From Mobula birostris (taxonomy: Eukaryota), in assembly GCF_030028105.1 (NCBI RefSeq), contig NC_092388.1, forward strand, positions 32,545,684 to 32,609,683: a DNA stretch of 64,000 bases. Direction: 5' to 3'. The notes beneath the pieces are model-generated. The model did no database searches and was not told the origin of the DNA. It saw nothing but the letters and a program-made list of their open reading frames with translations. Made by a program: the position numbers and the translations under genes. Position 1 is the first letter of the stretch. Every line of letters begins with the position of its first letter. Of the stretch, positions 22,501-35,940 are shown piece after piece.

Positions 22501-23761
22501 CTCCGTCCCAACTCCCTAAACTTACTCCTCTACCCCTCTCCTGCCTATTTCATTGGCACCAACATGTCCCACGACCTCCGGCTGCTCACCCTCCCCTTCA
22601 AGAATATTCAGCAACCGCTCAGAGACATCCTGAACCCTCACTCCCAGGAGGTAACACACTACCCTAGCGTCTTTTTTGCTGCCGCAGACTCTTCTATCTG
22701 TGCCCCTTACTATTGAGTCTCCTATGACAATTGCTCCGCCTGACTTCACTCTACACTTCAGAAGCTCAGAGTCGATCACAGTGCTATTGGTCTGGCTGTT
22801 GCTGCCTTGCCCAGATAGGTCATCCCCCTGAGCAATATCCAAAGGGGTATACCTGTTGCTGAGGGGAATGGCCACAAGGGGACCCTGCATTGACTTCCTT
22901 CTCCCTTTATTCTCTTGGTGTTCACCCATCTACTCCTGGAGTTCTGCACTCTAGGTGTAAAGGTTTGTCCATCGTCATTGATGAAGACCTCAACACCATT
23001 GGTGTTGAGACTAGCGCTTGATTTGGATTTAAGTGAGGGAGCGTTGTGCAGCATCAGCCTCACCCTCTCTTCCCAATTACTCTAGGCGTTACCACCTGCT
23101 CAAAAGTCGCGTCTATCAAATGCTCTGCCTCCTAGTTGTTTCCTAAATTCATTCAGCTCCAGCTCCTTAATGCGGTCTTTCACTTGGCTGCACTTCCCGC
23201 AGGTGTAGACATCAGGGATACTATCAGGATTCCATGAATTCCCACATCCTGCAGGAGGAGCATTCCACTGCCATATCTGCCATCCTGCCTGCACTGTACA
23301 ATGGGCAACCAAGACCAAATCCTCTATCCTGTTACTTTGGCTTCAGCCTCTTCTCACCAAAGCTTCGTGAGTCAAAGCCTGACACTCCCATTCTCACCAC
23401 TGGCCCACTCCCAATAATGGCCGCCCCACTTGCCCCTTCTGTACTTTTATTTCCTTCGCAGTGCTCTGTTCCCGCCGCTGACTGGGCCTCGGGAATGCCC
23501 GAACGCCCGCAAAGCTCTCCTTTTATTCAGGTTTCGCTGACCTGCGAGTAACCTCTCTGAAGCACTCTGCTCTTGGTGCTGACTGGGCCTCCAGAATCCT
23601 GCTATGAACTGTTGAAACGGAGGAAGTTAGTGTCACTCATATAAATAGCCACGTGATTACGGGCAATAATAATTTCAATCACTTTTTGTAAAATTAATAG
23701 AAATAGCTGATCTACTCAACTACTAAAAACATGCTTAAAAGTCCATATTTTAGAAAATATG

Positions 23762-23767
23762 TTTATT
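23762..23767 (-). terminator. MARVELD3: Candidate polyadenylation signal of the distal MARVELD3 terminal exon
   Basis: AATAAA on the minus strand about 1 kb downstream of the stop at 24750, at the end of an AT-rich unique stretch that looks like a 3' UTR. Confidence 0.55.
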
Positions 23768-24749
23768 TAAAATACATTTGCAAGAAAGAATAAAGAAATG
23801 CTTTGTTTCTATTCATCAACTCAAGACCAAATACAAAAAAAATTATTGAATTCTTATTAGATGCAAAGATATTTACAAATCATACAGATTATTTTTGTCA
23901 CCAAACATCACTGACTTTATCTCAAACACACACAGCAGAAAGTGCACTGCTTTCAGCATATTTATGACTGCAGTGCTAAATTAACTTGATTTTATGGTAA
24001 AAGTAAAGCTGTTGTAAAACGTCATTATTCAGCCAGCTTGGCTATCATAGAGTGTACTAAGATAGAAACACAGTGAAAATAAAAAAGCATTTTGACCAAA
24101 AAGAGTGGAACTGCAGCAATTTAAATGTTGACTCTAAGCCAGAAGGTTTTATTATATCTATGTCTTGTAGAGAATGAAAGATAGACATTATTTAAAAAAT
24201 TTCAGTTCCATCACACAATGATTGATGGCTAGCATTCATAACCATTCAGTCAGTAAGTGATATTCAAATTCACTGATATATTGAGAAGAACATTGTAACT
24301 TCCACAGCATATGAATGTTGCCAATATATAAAATATACTGCAGCAGAAGTTAGTATTTGCTCACTAACACTAAAAAGTTGCTAAATTATTAGTAGCCTAT
24401 TGTATGCTGTTCCTAGCTTCAAAGGAATTAAATATTTGGATGGGGAACAATGACTGGCCAATAACTAAATCAACTCTTTAGCATCAGCAACAAAAATTTT
24501 CTGCCCAGAATCTACAAATTCATTTTCTTAATCGAAATATTGATTAATCATGTTGCTAGATATCTCCTAAACTCTTAAAGGTAAACTCTAAAAGGAGACA
24601 GGTTAAATATATATCAAGATCGTACACATTCAGCACAATGGGGATATAAAATAAAGGCTTTTCAGTATTTCTGGTATTACACCAGTTTTCCAGAATCTGC
24701 AGCATTTTGCTTTCAGGAATCAAGATATATTTAATGTGGGGCAGCTACC

Positions 24750-25441
24750 TTACACAAGGGTTGACAGGTTGTGATTAGGTTTAGCCTCCTGGTGACCTGC
24801 ATGGTTTTTATATTCATCTTCATCCAAGTAATTTTGAACTGAATTGTTCATGTGCATATTTCTCAAGATTTTCTTCAAAGATCTCAATGTCAGGAAACTC
24901 AGAACTGCACTTCCACAGTACAAGCAAGCAGAAATCAAGCCAAATAATGCAACTGCAGCATCTCCTCCCTGAACGTCACAATTCATAAAAGTGTAACCCC
25001 GGCCTGCATACAGACGGTGTCTTAATCTACAAACCTCAGTGCTGTTTACTGTAATTATGAGATGGAGGTAAAGTCCAACACCCACTACATACCCTATGCA
25101 TGCAATGATGTTGAACGCAAATTCAGCCATGAGAACTTTTGGGGAAATGCGGTGAAGAGGTTTAGCCCCACCGACCAGAAAAAGAATTGTCAGACAACCA
25201 AAGACAATGCTGACCGTCACCCCTCCGTATACACCAGGGGTTCTCATTTGACTAAACTGCATATCAAGTTCCCGGATTTGCTTCAGTTCTGTTCCTTGGA
25301 AAGGGCTGTATGCTGAATCAATACTAAAAGAGCCTATCCCGAGACCGCCCATTGATGTGTATCCAGATATCGCTGCTTGGGATGCTGCCACACAGATCAG
25401 GACCATGAGATTGGTTGTGATTTCAGAAAACTGCAAGACAC
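24750..25441 (-). CDS. MARVELD3: MARVELD3 alternative terminal coding exon, distal (MARVEL domain, 4 TM)
   Basis: Acceptor ttttgttgacag|GT, phase 1, matching the exon at 47590; GVLQ..E...N.MVLIC..AS, YSPFQGTELKQIRELD, YGGV.VS, NSTEVC..R.RLYA..G.T.M.C resemble one human MARVELD3 splice variant (from recall). Confidence 0.93.
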
Positions 25442-25904
25442 CTGTCAACAAAACATAACCACACAATTATTACACAACTTCACATTGTAAATGTCAAATA
25501 TTTTCCTTGAACTTTCCCGGCCAATGGCTACTTTTCAAAAAAAATTGCAACACAAAATGACTTCTTTGTGATAATAGTCATGGAGATAGCTCGCTTTAAG
25601 AATAATGCAGGATGGGCGGGCCGAGAACAAAAGGAGCATGGGTCACATGGATCAGGGAATGATAAAGCAGCTGCAGTGGTGAAAAAGGCCATATGGTCCA
25701 GTGAATCCACAATGTCCTTCTGCAAGAAAAGTTCATCCAGCCCATTCAAATGTTCTCTCACAGCCCTTCTTGTTAACTTTTACTCTCTAATAACTATCAA
25801 TTTGCTTTGGAAAATAGTAATCAAATCTTCCCCTGCCCTTTCAGCAATCAATTCCAGATAATGATTAATTCCCAAATGAAAAGTACACTCAGTCCTAACA
25901 TTAT

Positions 25905-26220
25905 TGGGTACCTCCTTTATCTAATGAAGTGGTCACTGAGTGTACGTTCATGGCCATCTGCTGCTGTAGCCATCCGCTTCAACAGTTGACTGTTGGACAT
26001 TCAGACATGCTCCTCTGCACACCACTGTTGTAACACGTCATTATTTGAGTTACTGTGGCCTTCCTGTCAGCTTGAGCCAGTCTGATCATTCTTCTCTGAC
26101 CTCTCATTAAGAAGCTGTTTTTGTGCACAGAACTGCTACTCACTGGGTGGGTTTTTTTCTGCTTTTCGCTCCATTCTCTATAAACTCTAGAAACTGTTGT
26201 GACTGAAAATTCTAGGAGAT
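25905..26220. mobile_element. Non-autonomous Tc1-like element fragment
   Basis: RGQRRMIRLAQADRKATVTQI HTH-like remnant; a related copy in the opposite orientation lies at 45370-45625. Confidence 0.6.
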
Positions 26221-26589
26221 TGGAGTTCAAAGTACATTTATAATCAAAGTATGTATACTATACAGTGCCTATAAAAAGTATTCATTCCCCCCCCCCCCGG
26301 AAGTTTTCATGTTTTATTGTTTTACAACATTGAATCACAGTGGATTTAATTTGGCTTTTTTTGACACTGACCAACAGAAAAAGTCTATTTTGTGTCAAAG
26401 TGAAAACAGATCTCTACAAAGTGATCTAAATTAATTAGATATAAAAACAAAAAATAATTGATTTGCATAAGTATTCACCCCCTTTTATATGACACACTAA
26501 ACCATCACTGGTGCAGCCAATTGGTTTTAGAAATCACATAATTACTTAAATGGAGATCACCTGTGTGCAGTCAAGGTATTTTTTTTTTA

Positions 26590-27245
26590 GATTATGAGAA
26601 CACTCAGTCCTCTTCTATTGTCATTTAGAAATGCATTAAGAAATGATACAATGTTTCTCCGGAGTGATATCACAGAAAACAGGACAAACCAAAGCCTAAC
26701 ACTGCCAGAACCACATAATTATGACATATAGTTACAGCAGTGCAAAGCAATACCATAATTTGATGAAGAACAAACCATGGGCACAGTAAATAAAATCTCA
26801 GAAGTCCCCGAGTCGATCGACTCCCGAGTCCCCGATAGCGGCGGCAAAAGGGAGAAACTCCCTGCCATAAACCTTCAGGCACCGTCATCTTGCCGATGCC
26901 TTGGAAGCAGCCGACCACAACCGACACTGAGTCCATCCGTCCAAAAACTTCGAGCTTCCGACAAACCTCTCCACTACAGCCTCCCGAGCGGCACCCTCTG
27001 CCGAGCGCCTTCGACCTCGCCCCGGCCGCTGAAACACGCAAAGCCAAGGATTTCGGGGCCTTCTGCGCCGGAGATTCCGGTTACCACACAGTAGCAGTGG
27101 CAGCGAAACGGGCATTTCAGAAGTTTTCCAGATGTTCCCGTACTCTCACGTCCGTCTCCATCAAATCAGAATTGTGCACGGTCCCCCACTTGACAGATAA
27201 CAGACATCACCACTGAAGTGGCCGTGTGCGCTGCCATCTTCTCCT
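26590..27245. mobile_element. Unclassified CpG-rich interspersed element inserted in the Tc1
   Basis: Interrupts the Tc1 5' region next to a poly-T run; its composition differs from the flanks. Confidence 0.5.
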
Positions 27246-28081
27246 CCAACTTGCTACAGTCATTTACTTCAATTGGTTGTAGTAAACATACACTGCATCT
27301 GGAAGCTTCAGCTGCTGGTGAGTCAGTATCCTGGCAAAAACTACACTATAAAGACAGGAGTACTCTCCAAGCAACTCTGTGAAAAGGTTATTGAAAGGCA
27401 CAAGACAGAAGATGGATACAGGAAAATTTCCAAGTTGCTGAATATTCCTTGGAGCACAGTGAAGTCAATCATCAAGAAATAGAAAGAACATGGCACAGCT
27501 GTAAATCTGTCTAGAGCAGGCTGTCCTCAAAAACAGACTAACTGTGCAAGAAGGGGACTAGTGAGGGAGGCCACAACAAGAGACTCACGACAACTCTGGA
27601 GGGTTACAAGCTTCAGTGGCTGAGATGTGAGAGATTGTGTGCATACAACAACTGTTGCCTGGGTGCTTCACTGGTTGCATCCTTATGGGAGAGTGGCAAA
27701 CAGAAAGGCACACTTGAGGGGAGAACTCACATAAAATCTCAGCTAGAGTTTGCCAGACAGCATGTGCGAGACTCTGAAGTCAGCTGGAAAGTTCTATAGT
27801 CTGATTTTGGCCATCAGGCTAAACATTATGTTTCGTATAAGCCAAACACCAAACATCAGCAAAAACACACCATCCCTACCGTGAAGCATAGTGAGGGCTG
27901 CACCATGTCGTTGGGATGCTTCACTGCAACAGGCTCTGGAAAGCTGATGAAAGTAGAGGGTAAAATGAATGCAGCAAAATGCAGGGAAATCCTGAAGGAA
28001 AAACCTGTCTCAGTCTGCATGACAGCTGCATCTTGGAAGATTTGTTTTTCAGCAAGACAATAACCCCAAGCATATTACCGA

Positions 28082-29839
28082 TTAGAGGACGGATTAGAGA
28101 TAAAGGTGGGAAGATGTGCCTGGAGGCTGTGGAAGTGAGCGAGGTCCTCAATGAAAATACTTCTCTTCGGTATTCACCAATGAGAGGGAACTTGATGATG
28201 GTGAGGACAATATGAGTGAGGTTGATTTTCTGGAGCATGTTGATATTAAGGGAGAGGAGGTGTTGGAGTTGTTAAAATACATTAGGACAGATAAGTCCCC
28301 GGGGCCTGACGGAATATTCCCCAGGCTGCTCCACGAGGTGAGAGAAGAGATTTCTGAGCCTCTGGCTAGGATCTTTATGTCCTCGTTGTCCACGGGAATG
28401 GTACCGGAGGATTGGAGGGTGGCGAATGTTGTTCCCTTGTTCAAAAAAGGTAGTAGGGATAGTCCGGGTAATTATAGACCAGTGAGCATTACGTCTGTGG
28501 TGGGAAAGCTGTTGGAAAAGATTCTTAGAGATAGGATCTATAGGCATTTAGAAAATCATGGTCTGATCAGGGACAGTCAGCATGGCTTTGTGAAGGGCAG
28601 ATTGTGTCTAACAAGCCTGATACAGTTATTTGAGGAGGTCACCAGGCATACAGATGAGGGTAGTGCGGTGGATATGATCTATATGGATTTTAGTAAGGCA
28701 TTTGACAAGGTTCCACATGGTAGGCTTATTCAGAAAGTTAGAAGGCATGGGATCCAGGGAAGTTTGGCCAGGTGGATTCAGAATTGGCTTGCCTGCAGAA
28801 GGCAGAGGGTGGTGGTGGAGGGAGTACATTCAGATTGGAGGATTGTGACTAGTGGTGTCCCACAAGGATCTGTTCTGGGACCTCTACTTTTCGTGATTTT
28901 TATTAACGACCTGGATGTGGGGGTAGAAGGGTGGGTTGGCAAGTTTGCAGACGACACAAAGGTTGGTGGTGTTGTAGATAGTGTAGAGGATTGTCAAAGA
29001 TTGCAGAGAGACATTGATGGGATGCAGAAGTGGCCTGAGAAGTGGCAGATGGAGTTCAACCCGGAGAAGTGTGAGGTGGTACACTTTGGAAGGGCAAACT
29101 CCAAGACAGAGTACAAAGTAAATGGCAGGATACTTGGTAGTGTGGAGGAGCAGAGGGATCTGGGGGTACATGTCCACAGATCCCTGAAAGTTGCCTCACA
29201 GGTGGGTAGGGTAGTTAAGAAAGCTTATGGGGTGTTAGCTTTCATAAGTCGAGGGATAGAGTTTAAGAGTCGCGATGTAATGATGCAGCTCTATAAAACC
29301 CTGGTTAGGCCACACTTGGAGTATTGTGTCCAGTTCTGGTCACCTCACTATAGGAAGGATGTGGAAGCATTGGAAAGGGTACAGAGGAGATTTACCAGGA
29401 TGCTGCCTTGTTTAGAAAGTATGCATTATGATCAGAGATTAAGGGAGCTAGGGCTTTACTCTTTGGAGAGAAGGAGGATGAGAGGAGACATGATAGAGGT
29501 GTACAAGATAATAAGAGGAATAGATAGAGTGGATAGCCAGCGCCTCTTCCCCAGGGCACCACTGCTCAATACAAGAGGACATGGCTTTAAGGTAAGGGGT
29601 GGGAAGTTCAAGGGGGATATTAGAGGAAGGTTTTTAATCAGAGAGTGGTTGGTGCGTGGAATGCACTGCCTGAATCAGTGGTGGAGGCAGATACACTAGT
29701 GAAGTTTAAGAGACTACTGGACAGGTATATGGAGGAATCTAAGGTGGGGACTTATATGGGAGGCAGGGTTTGAGGGTCGGCACAACATTGTGGGCCGAAG
29801 GGTCTGTACTGTACTGTGCTGTACTATTCTATGTTCTAT
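28082..29839 (+). mobile_element. Young 5'-truncated CR1 LINE (open RT frame 28212-29699) inserted in the Tc1 DDE domain
   Basis: 495-aa ORF with NYRPVS, YMDFSKAFDKVPH, GVPQGSVLGP, FADDTK; frameshift near the end; CR1 3' UTR and ttcta tail. Confidence 0.95.
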
Positions 29840-31314
29840 AATGCCAAAGCTACACAGAAATGGCTTAAAAACAATAAAGTTAATGTCCTGGAGTGGCCAA
29901 GTCAGAGTCCAGACCTCAATCCAATTGAGAATTTGTGGTTGGACTTGAAAAGGGCTCTTCACTCTATCTCCATGCAATCTGATAGAATTTGAGTAGTTTT
30001 TGTGAAGAAGAATGGGGAAAAATTGCAGTGTCCAGACGTGCAAAGCTGATAAGAGACCTATCCACACAGACTCAAGGCTGTAATTGCTGCCAAAGGTGCA
30101 TCTACTAAATACTGACTTGAAGGGGGTGAGTAAGTTATGCAATCAATTATTGTTTAATAATTGTAATACATTCTGACCAATTTGTAGAAATTTATTTTTA
30201 CTTTGACTAGAATGTGTCTTTTCTGTTGATCAGTGTCTAAAAAGCCAAATTAAATCCACTGTGATTCAATGTTGTAAAACAATAAATCTTTAAAACACCC
30301 ATTAAAAGATTACTGCATTTGAGCACAAACACATGCAACTGACGCTCTTTAAAAACTGTTCACTCTAAGCACAATGTAGTGTCTAATGGCCGCGCAAGTG
30401 CACGCAACTGATGCTAATTAGAAACTGTTTGGCAACAATCTCCTGTCCAAATTAAGCAGCATAGTTTTCCAACTAAACAAAGGGAATCCTGGCTATTTTT
30501 TTGATTAGTTTTTGTTCTCTGAAAGTCCCAAAAAGCAGCTGCCCTGATTAACCAATGGCCCAGTTGTATTTCCAGATTAATTCTCCAAAAATGGCAATTA
30601 TAATCAGGAAATGAAATAATTAGTCATCAGCATCAAGGCACATATTGTTAGCTTCCTGACTTACTTTGATAAATCCATTCATTGACCACTGCTACAGTTT
30701 CAAAGTTTATTCTCTTTGTGTAGAGAAACTAGTTTAACAACTGAAAGTTTGGTGAATAAAGTTAATAATCTCATTGGAATCCAGCACTAGTGTTGTTACT
30801 TTCTTTCGTGGCTTCTAATTTAAAACTCTGATATCTCTTTCCAAGAAAAGGTGTAATCTTATACTCAGTCCGAGTGGAGATAATTCAGTCACTCTTGCAG
30901 AGCACATCACTATAAGTAAACAGCTGCAGTTATGTTCATTATTTACTTTTCTCAGATCACAGTACACCTCTGGAGAACTTGTCTATCATTCAGTAGCAGC
31001 CTCTGCAAATCTGCCTCCTCTACTATTTAAAGAGTCTGCTTCTGATTAATTTGATTTTTTTTTTTTTTGCTTTATCATACAATATTCTTTCTTGCACTAG
31101 CCAGATGACTATTTTACTTGCAACTCCATGTCAAAACTGTGCTGGGAATTTAGATAAAGTATAATCCCACTTCCAGTGTTACATTTACGGCCAGACTTGC
31201 GGGCACTCTGTACATATGAATGAGTGTCTCGGAGACCAGCTGCATGGATAGGGATGGATTTACCAGCTGTTTTGAGGTGGGAATGGGGCATTTCTTTCTT
31301 ACTTTATTTAAGCC

Positions 31315-32105
31315 CATCACCCCTACTAAGGCGTACCGACAGCAGCTTTCCAGAGTGCCCTGTTCTGGGCCATTCCTTCAAGCTGTCCCCAGATGTAGCC
31401 CATCGACGATTCCCTCCTCTCCCAGGAATGAGGTCTGTGGGGCACTGGGTTTTTACGGAATGGAGTTGCTAGTCCCATGCCAAGCACTCCTCCTATCACA
31501 GCCAGGCTTAAGACCATCCATGGCAGAGTTAATGGAGCATTCCTGAGTGGTTTCATTTCCCACCTCACAAAATTGCAGCAACAGAGGCAGGGTAGAGCCG
31601 AGCCGAGCCGGCAGCCAGTCTTCCTCTCCTGTCACAACTGTTTCTCTGATCCTCTCGCGCACACTGTTTGTTTTTGTTCAGTTCTAACTAACAAGTAGCT
31701 TGGGGTACAAACCTACAAGAGGACCATAACTTTGACCTGGAGAACTATGTTGGCTGGAGTCGGGGCTTTGTGCTTTGGCCTTTGGTAAGTAAGGTTACCC
31801 ATGCCAAACAGGTCAAAGGTTGGAGGATAGACCAAGAGTGCTCTAGCGGTCCTCCAGGTTTGGGGGGGGGGGTCAGCTCAAAGGCTAACAGCCCTGACTG
31901 AAAAAAACAAAATTGTTACCGAAACGGCAATGAAGAATCCTTCTACATCTGAGTGCGATGGTATTCTTGAATCTCCACCCAGGACTTGCATGACTGATAG
32001 TGGTGAAAACTGAGAGGAAGATATTGCCATGATGAAGGAAGCCCTGAACACCACCAGAGATGGAGGACCTTCATTGCTGCTCTAAATGCCAGCAGCATAA
32101 CATGC
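31315..32105. mobile_element. RTE-derived short elements
   Basis: SMGYIWGQLEGMAQNRALWKAAV and RDGGPSLLL-type RTE C-terminal remnants. Confidence 0.5.
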
Positions 32106-33199
32106 AGATGTTGTTGGGTAACAAACATTCCTCAAGAATAGAATCCTGTCATCATAACTTGGGCCACACACAAAATGCTGGAGGAACTCAGCAGGTCAGG
32201 CAGTGTCTACAGAAATGAATAGATAGTTGTCATTTTGGTCCAAGACCTTTCTCTTTAATTTTTACATTATACCAAAGTACATATATAACCCAAAAGTATC
32301 ACAAATTATGCTAATATCAACTTGTAAGCATTGAGTTCTCCATTCACACCCAAAACATTACATTAAAGAAAAACATTTTTCAAATACATTATTTTATCAC
32401 ATTTCATGGTTACAAAACACATTGGACGTCTTTTTCCCCCATATGATTGTTCGTTATGAAAATAAAAATCAAACATTTCCTAAACCCTAGATGCCACACT
32501 TTTATACAGAAAAATAACTGTTAAAAATAAGCTTCATAAACTTAACAATATTCTATAGTTATACATAGATAGGCATATAATTTGCAGTTTTGAAGGATGT
32601 AAATGTTGTATAAAATATAATGTAACTTAATCCATGAATTACAATTTATGAAGATACAATACGTAATATTTTAACTTCATGAAGAACCTTCATTGTTTTG
32701 AGTAATCTGGAGTTTCACAGTTCTGGCCAGCACATCGACACAATTTCCTCATTCAGGAGGTATTTATGGACCCCTATGGTGTGGACCTGCCCTTTATCTT
32801 TGATAAAATTTATTTACTGACTTTATAACCATTCAGCAGCTTCTCTCATGCCTCTCTCTGTATCTGTCATATTTCTCTGTACTGCTAGACACTCCAATGT
32901 CAGAATGTCACCCAAATGACTCGTGTAGATCAATATACAAGTTACTGGAGCTTTGCCAATCTTTAGTAAAGCCAGTGGAAAACCAATTATCAATAACAAA
33001 CTTGCAGCATGAACTGCTTTCCCTTGGATGCTGCAGAACTATAATACTAATTTATGATAACAGAACCATAGCCAGATGGAAACGTGTAGATTTAAGTGAA
33101 CTCTGATATGGAAAGATTCTTTCAAGTACCACATCTGTTAATGGGTTCTAAATAAAAACAAGTGGTCCAAGAATGACACACAAGAAAGATCATAAGGTC

Positions 33200-34185
33200 A
33201 AAAGGCATAGGAGCAGAATTGGGCTCTACTCCGCCATTCCATCATGACTGATTTGTTACCTTCTCAACCCCATTCTCCTGCCTTCTCCTCATAACCTTTG
33301 ATGCCCTGAGTAACCAATCAACCTCTGCTTTGAATAAGCTCAATTTCTTGACCTCCACAGCCATACATGGCAATGAATTCCACAGATTCACCACCCTTTG
33401 ATTAAATAAATTCCTTGTCAACTCTGTTCTAAATGGATGTCTCTCTATTCTGAGGCTGTGCTTTCTGGTCCTGGACTTACCCACTATAGGGAACTACCCC
33501 TCCACATCCACTCTCTTGAGACCTTTCAATATTCAATAGGTTTCAAGAAGCTCCTCCCTCATTATTTTAAACCACAGAGTACAGGCCCAGAGCCATCAAA
33601 CGCTCCTCATACATTAACCCTTTCATTGATGGAATCATTTTTGTGAACTTCCACTGGACCTTCTCCAATGCCAGCACATCTTTTCCTCTTCATTTTTAGA
33701 ATGTATCTATCCTGCACCTTCCAAATTCCCCGCCAAAACTCTACCCATTGTTGTTCTGCCATCATCCCTGCTAGTGTCCCCTTCCAATCAACTTTGGCCA
33801 GCTCTTCTCTCATGCCTCTGTAATTCTCTTTAATCCACTGTAATACTAATACATTTGACTTCTCCCTCTCAAACTGCAGGGTGAATTCAATCATACTATG
33901 ATCACTGTCTCCCACAGGTTCCTTTACATTAAGCTCCTTAATCAAATCAGATTCATCACACAATCCCCAATCCAGAATTGCCTTTCCCCTAGTGGGCTCA
34001 ACTACAAGCTACTCTAAAAAGCCATCTCATAAGAATTCTATGAATTCTCTAACTTGGTATCCAGCACCAACCTGACTATCGTAACATTGCTGTTATTACA
34101 TGCCTTTTCTATTTCCCACTGATATGTATATCCCACATTCTGGCTACTGCTCGGGGGCCTGCATATAGCTTCCATTAGGATCTCA
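33200..34185 (-). mobile_element. Fragmented CR1 LINE
   Basis: QRVVNLWNSLP and GDSDHSMIEF...NYRGMREELAKVDW motifs. Confidence 0.8.
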
Positions 34186-34854
34186 GTGTCCTCTGCAGCA
34201 TAAAAGAGCATCTAGAGATTGTTCCCATTAGTTCAAAACTGATTCTTTTGCTCAAGCAAAATGTCTCCTGACTTGAACAACAGATCTTAAATGGTCAGCA
34301 CTGAAGTTGTTTTCCCATCAATGAATAATTTAAGTTATTCTTGTCCCTTTGCTGTGCCCTCCACTTTCATCTTGGATAAATAAAATCACAAGCAGGGTAA
34401 TGTAACAATGTATTCAGCTGAAAAGCATTTCCACCATGAACCACTCCACCCATTATGATCTTCTTGAATGGAAAAGCAAAACATTATGGAAAGGTAGAAC
34501 TTTAAAAAAAAATCAACATCAAGTATAATATCATATTTTAAATGATAAGTTTGTAACATTTGAATTCTGCTGCTCTACTTTCAATAACATAGCAGCATCA
34601 ATCTCAAAGATGTGTTCGGTATCACCTTATTCTCTAAATCATTCATTTTTCCTCTTTTAGCTTTATAACACGTTTCTTAAAGTATCCAAGGCCTTGAACA
34701 TCCATCAATGATCCATTTAAAAAAAGTAATAATCCAAAGGAACAATCTAGGACTGTAATATAAAGTTTTGCCATCAGGACAAAGCAGTCCATACACTGGC
34801 ATGCCATCCTGTCTTGGAAATAAAATGCTACTCCTTCATTGTTTATAAAAGATT

Positions 34855-35132
34855 AAAGTCTGTCACGAGCCTTGTGGCCCATCAGGCCAGTGCTTATGCT
34901 GGTTTCCGTAGCGTGAAGCGACTGAGAGTACTAGACCCCCCAGATAGGACGCCAGTCTATCGCGAGGTCAACCCTCAACATTTTTGCCGTAACCCATTCT
35001 CAGTTGGGTAGACTGGAGCATTGTGTGGTTGAGTGCCTTGCTCAAGGACACACACGCTGCCTTGGCCGGGGCTTGAACCCACAACCTTCAGATCGCTAGT
35101 CCGACACCCTAACCACTTGGCCACGCGCCACA
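34855..35132 (-). mobile_element. tRNA-derived SINE
   Basis: Head GGCGCGTGGCCAAGTGG...GGTTCAAGCCC (A and B boxes) followed by a gtgtccttgagcaaggcact core and a non-tRNA tail. Confidence 0.75.
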
Positions 35133-35940
35133 CACTCCTTCATTGTCACCAGGTCTAAATGCTGGAGCTCCCTCCACAACTACACTGTGAGAAGATCTAC
35201 CGAAAGGGTTAAGGTGGGTCACCATCTCTCACGGATGGTTATTGATTGGCAGTACTTTCCAATATTTAATCATATTTAATTTTAAAAAAACCTTCCAGGC
35301 TTCCCCTAAACTTGAAACTTCGTTGTTTCCAGAATTAGGGAAGCAAATCAAAATCCTATCGACACCCTCCATCTCTCACAATGTCCCTTTTGCCTCCCAA
35401 CGTGAATCCATTGTACATTTCCACGATGCAAGGAGTTTCTAATTTTATTTATTTCCTAATTTTTATTTAGAATTCACGCCTGAAACCTATACCTTTCAAG
35501 TAATGGCCCAGAATCTCTAGATTGGCACCAAGCAGCATCTTTGTTACATTCTTCCCACACAAATTGGAGATACATTTATGAATAAGACAAAGTATATATG
35601 GCTCATGTAACTAAACTTTAAACAAATAGGTTAAATGTTTCCACTGGAAAAGGAATCAATTTCCAAAATATTTCCTTTACCAAACTATACCATGAAACCT
35701 TCATAAGAGAGAAATGAACCCAAAGTATTTCAGTATAATTGTCATAATTTGTTTTCAAGAAAATTACGGATTGTAAACAAAACATTAAGCATCAACTTTG
35801 AGTTAATAATCCATCACAGAAGTCTGGTAAACTAATCCCATTTTATTCTTGTGCCAACCTAAACAGAAATACACACCTGAGTTGCCTCCCCGCAATTCCT
35901 ACTAAATCTACATTTATTATGAAATTTTTTTTTCCATGAT

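Larger units (their letters stand above)
14820..23590 (-). mobile_element. Older CR1 LINE, split into a 3' part (14820-16663) and a 5' part (21200-23590) by nested insertions
   Basis: Minus ORFs with RT motifs (15206-16226), APE (MGDFN 21444-21689, 22006-22194) and ORF1 (IGDSIVRG, 22522-22929); the flanks ...ctcctaatttca / ttcttgagctcc... rejoin. Confidence 0.9.
26263..30286 (+). mobile_element. Tc1 (IR/DR-type) transposon, decayed, with nested insertions
   Basis: TA|CAGTGCCTATAAAAAGTATTCA left end and matching right inverted arm 30120-30286; [60 protein letters not shown]. Confidence 0.9.

Noticed and set aside
28212-29699. 495-aa reverse transcriptase as a domesticated gene or novel RT system
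   Set aside because: Ordinary 5'-truncated CR1 ORF2 with a terminal frameshift, nearly identical to other local copies.
35064-35129. tRNA gene
   Set aside because: Only ~66 nt with an incomplete acceptor stem, and it continues into a SINE core without a terminator; it is a SINE head.
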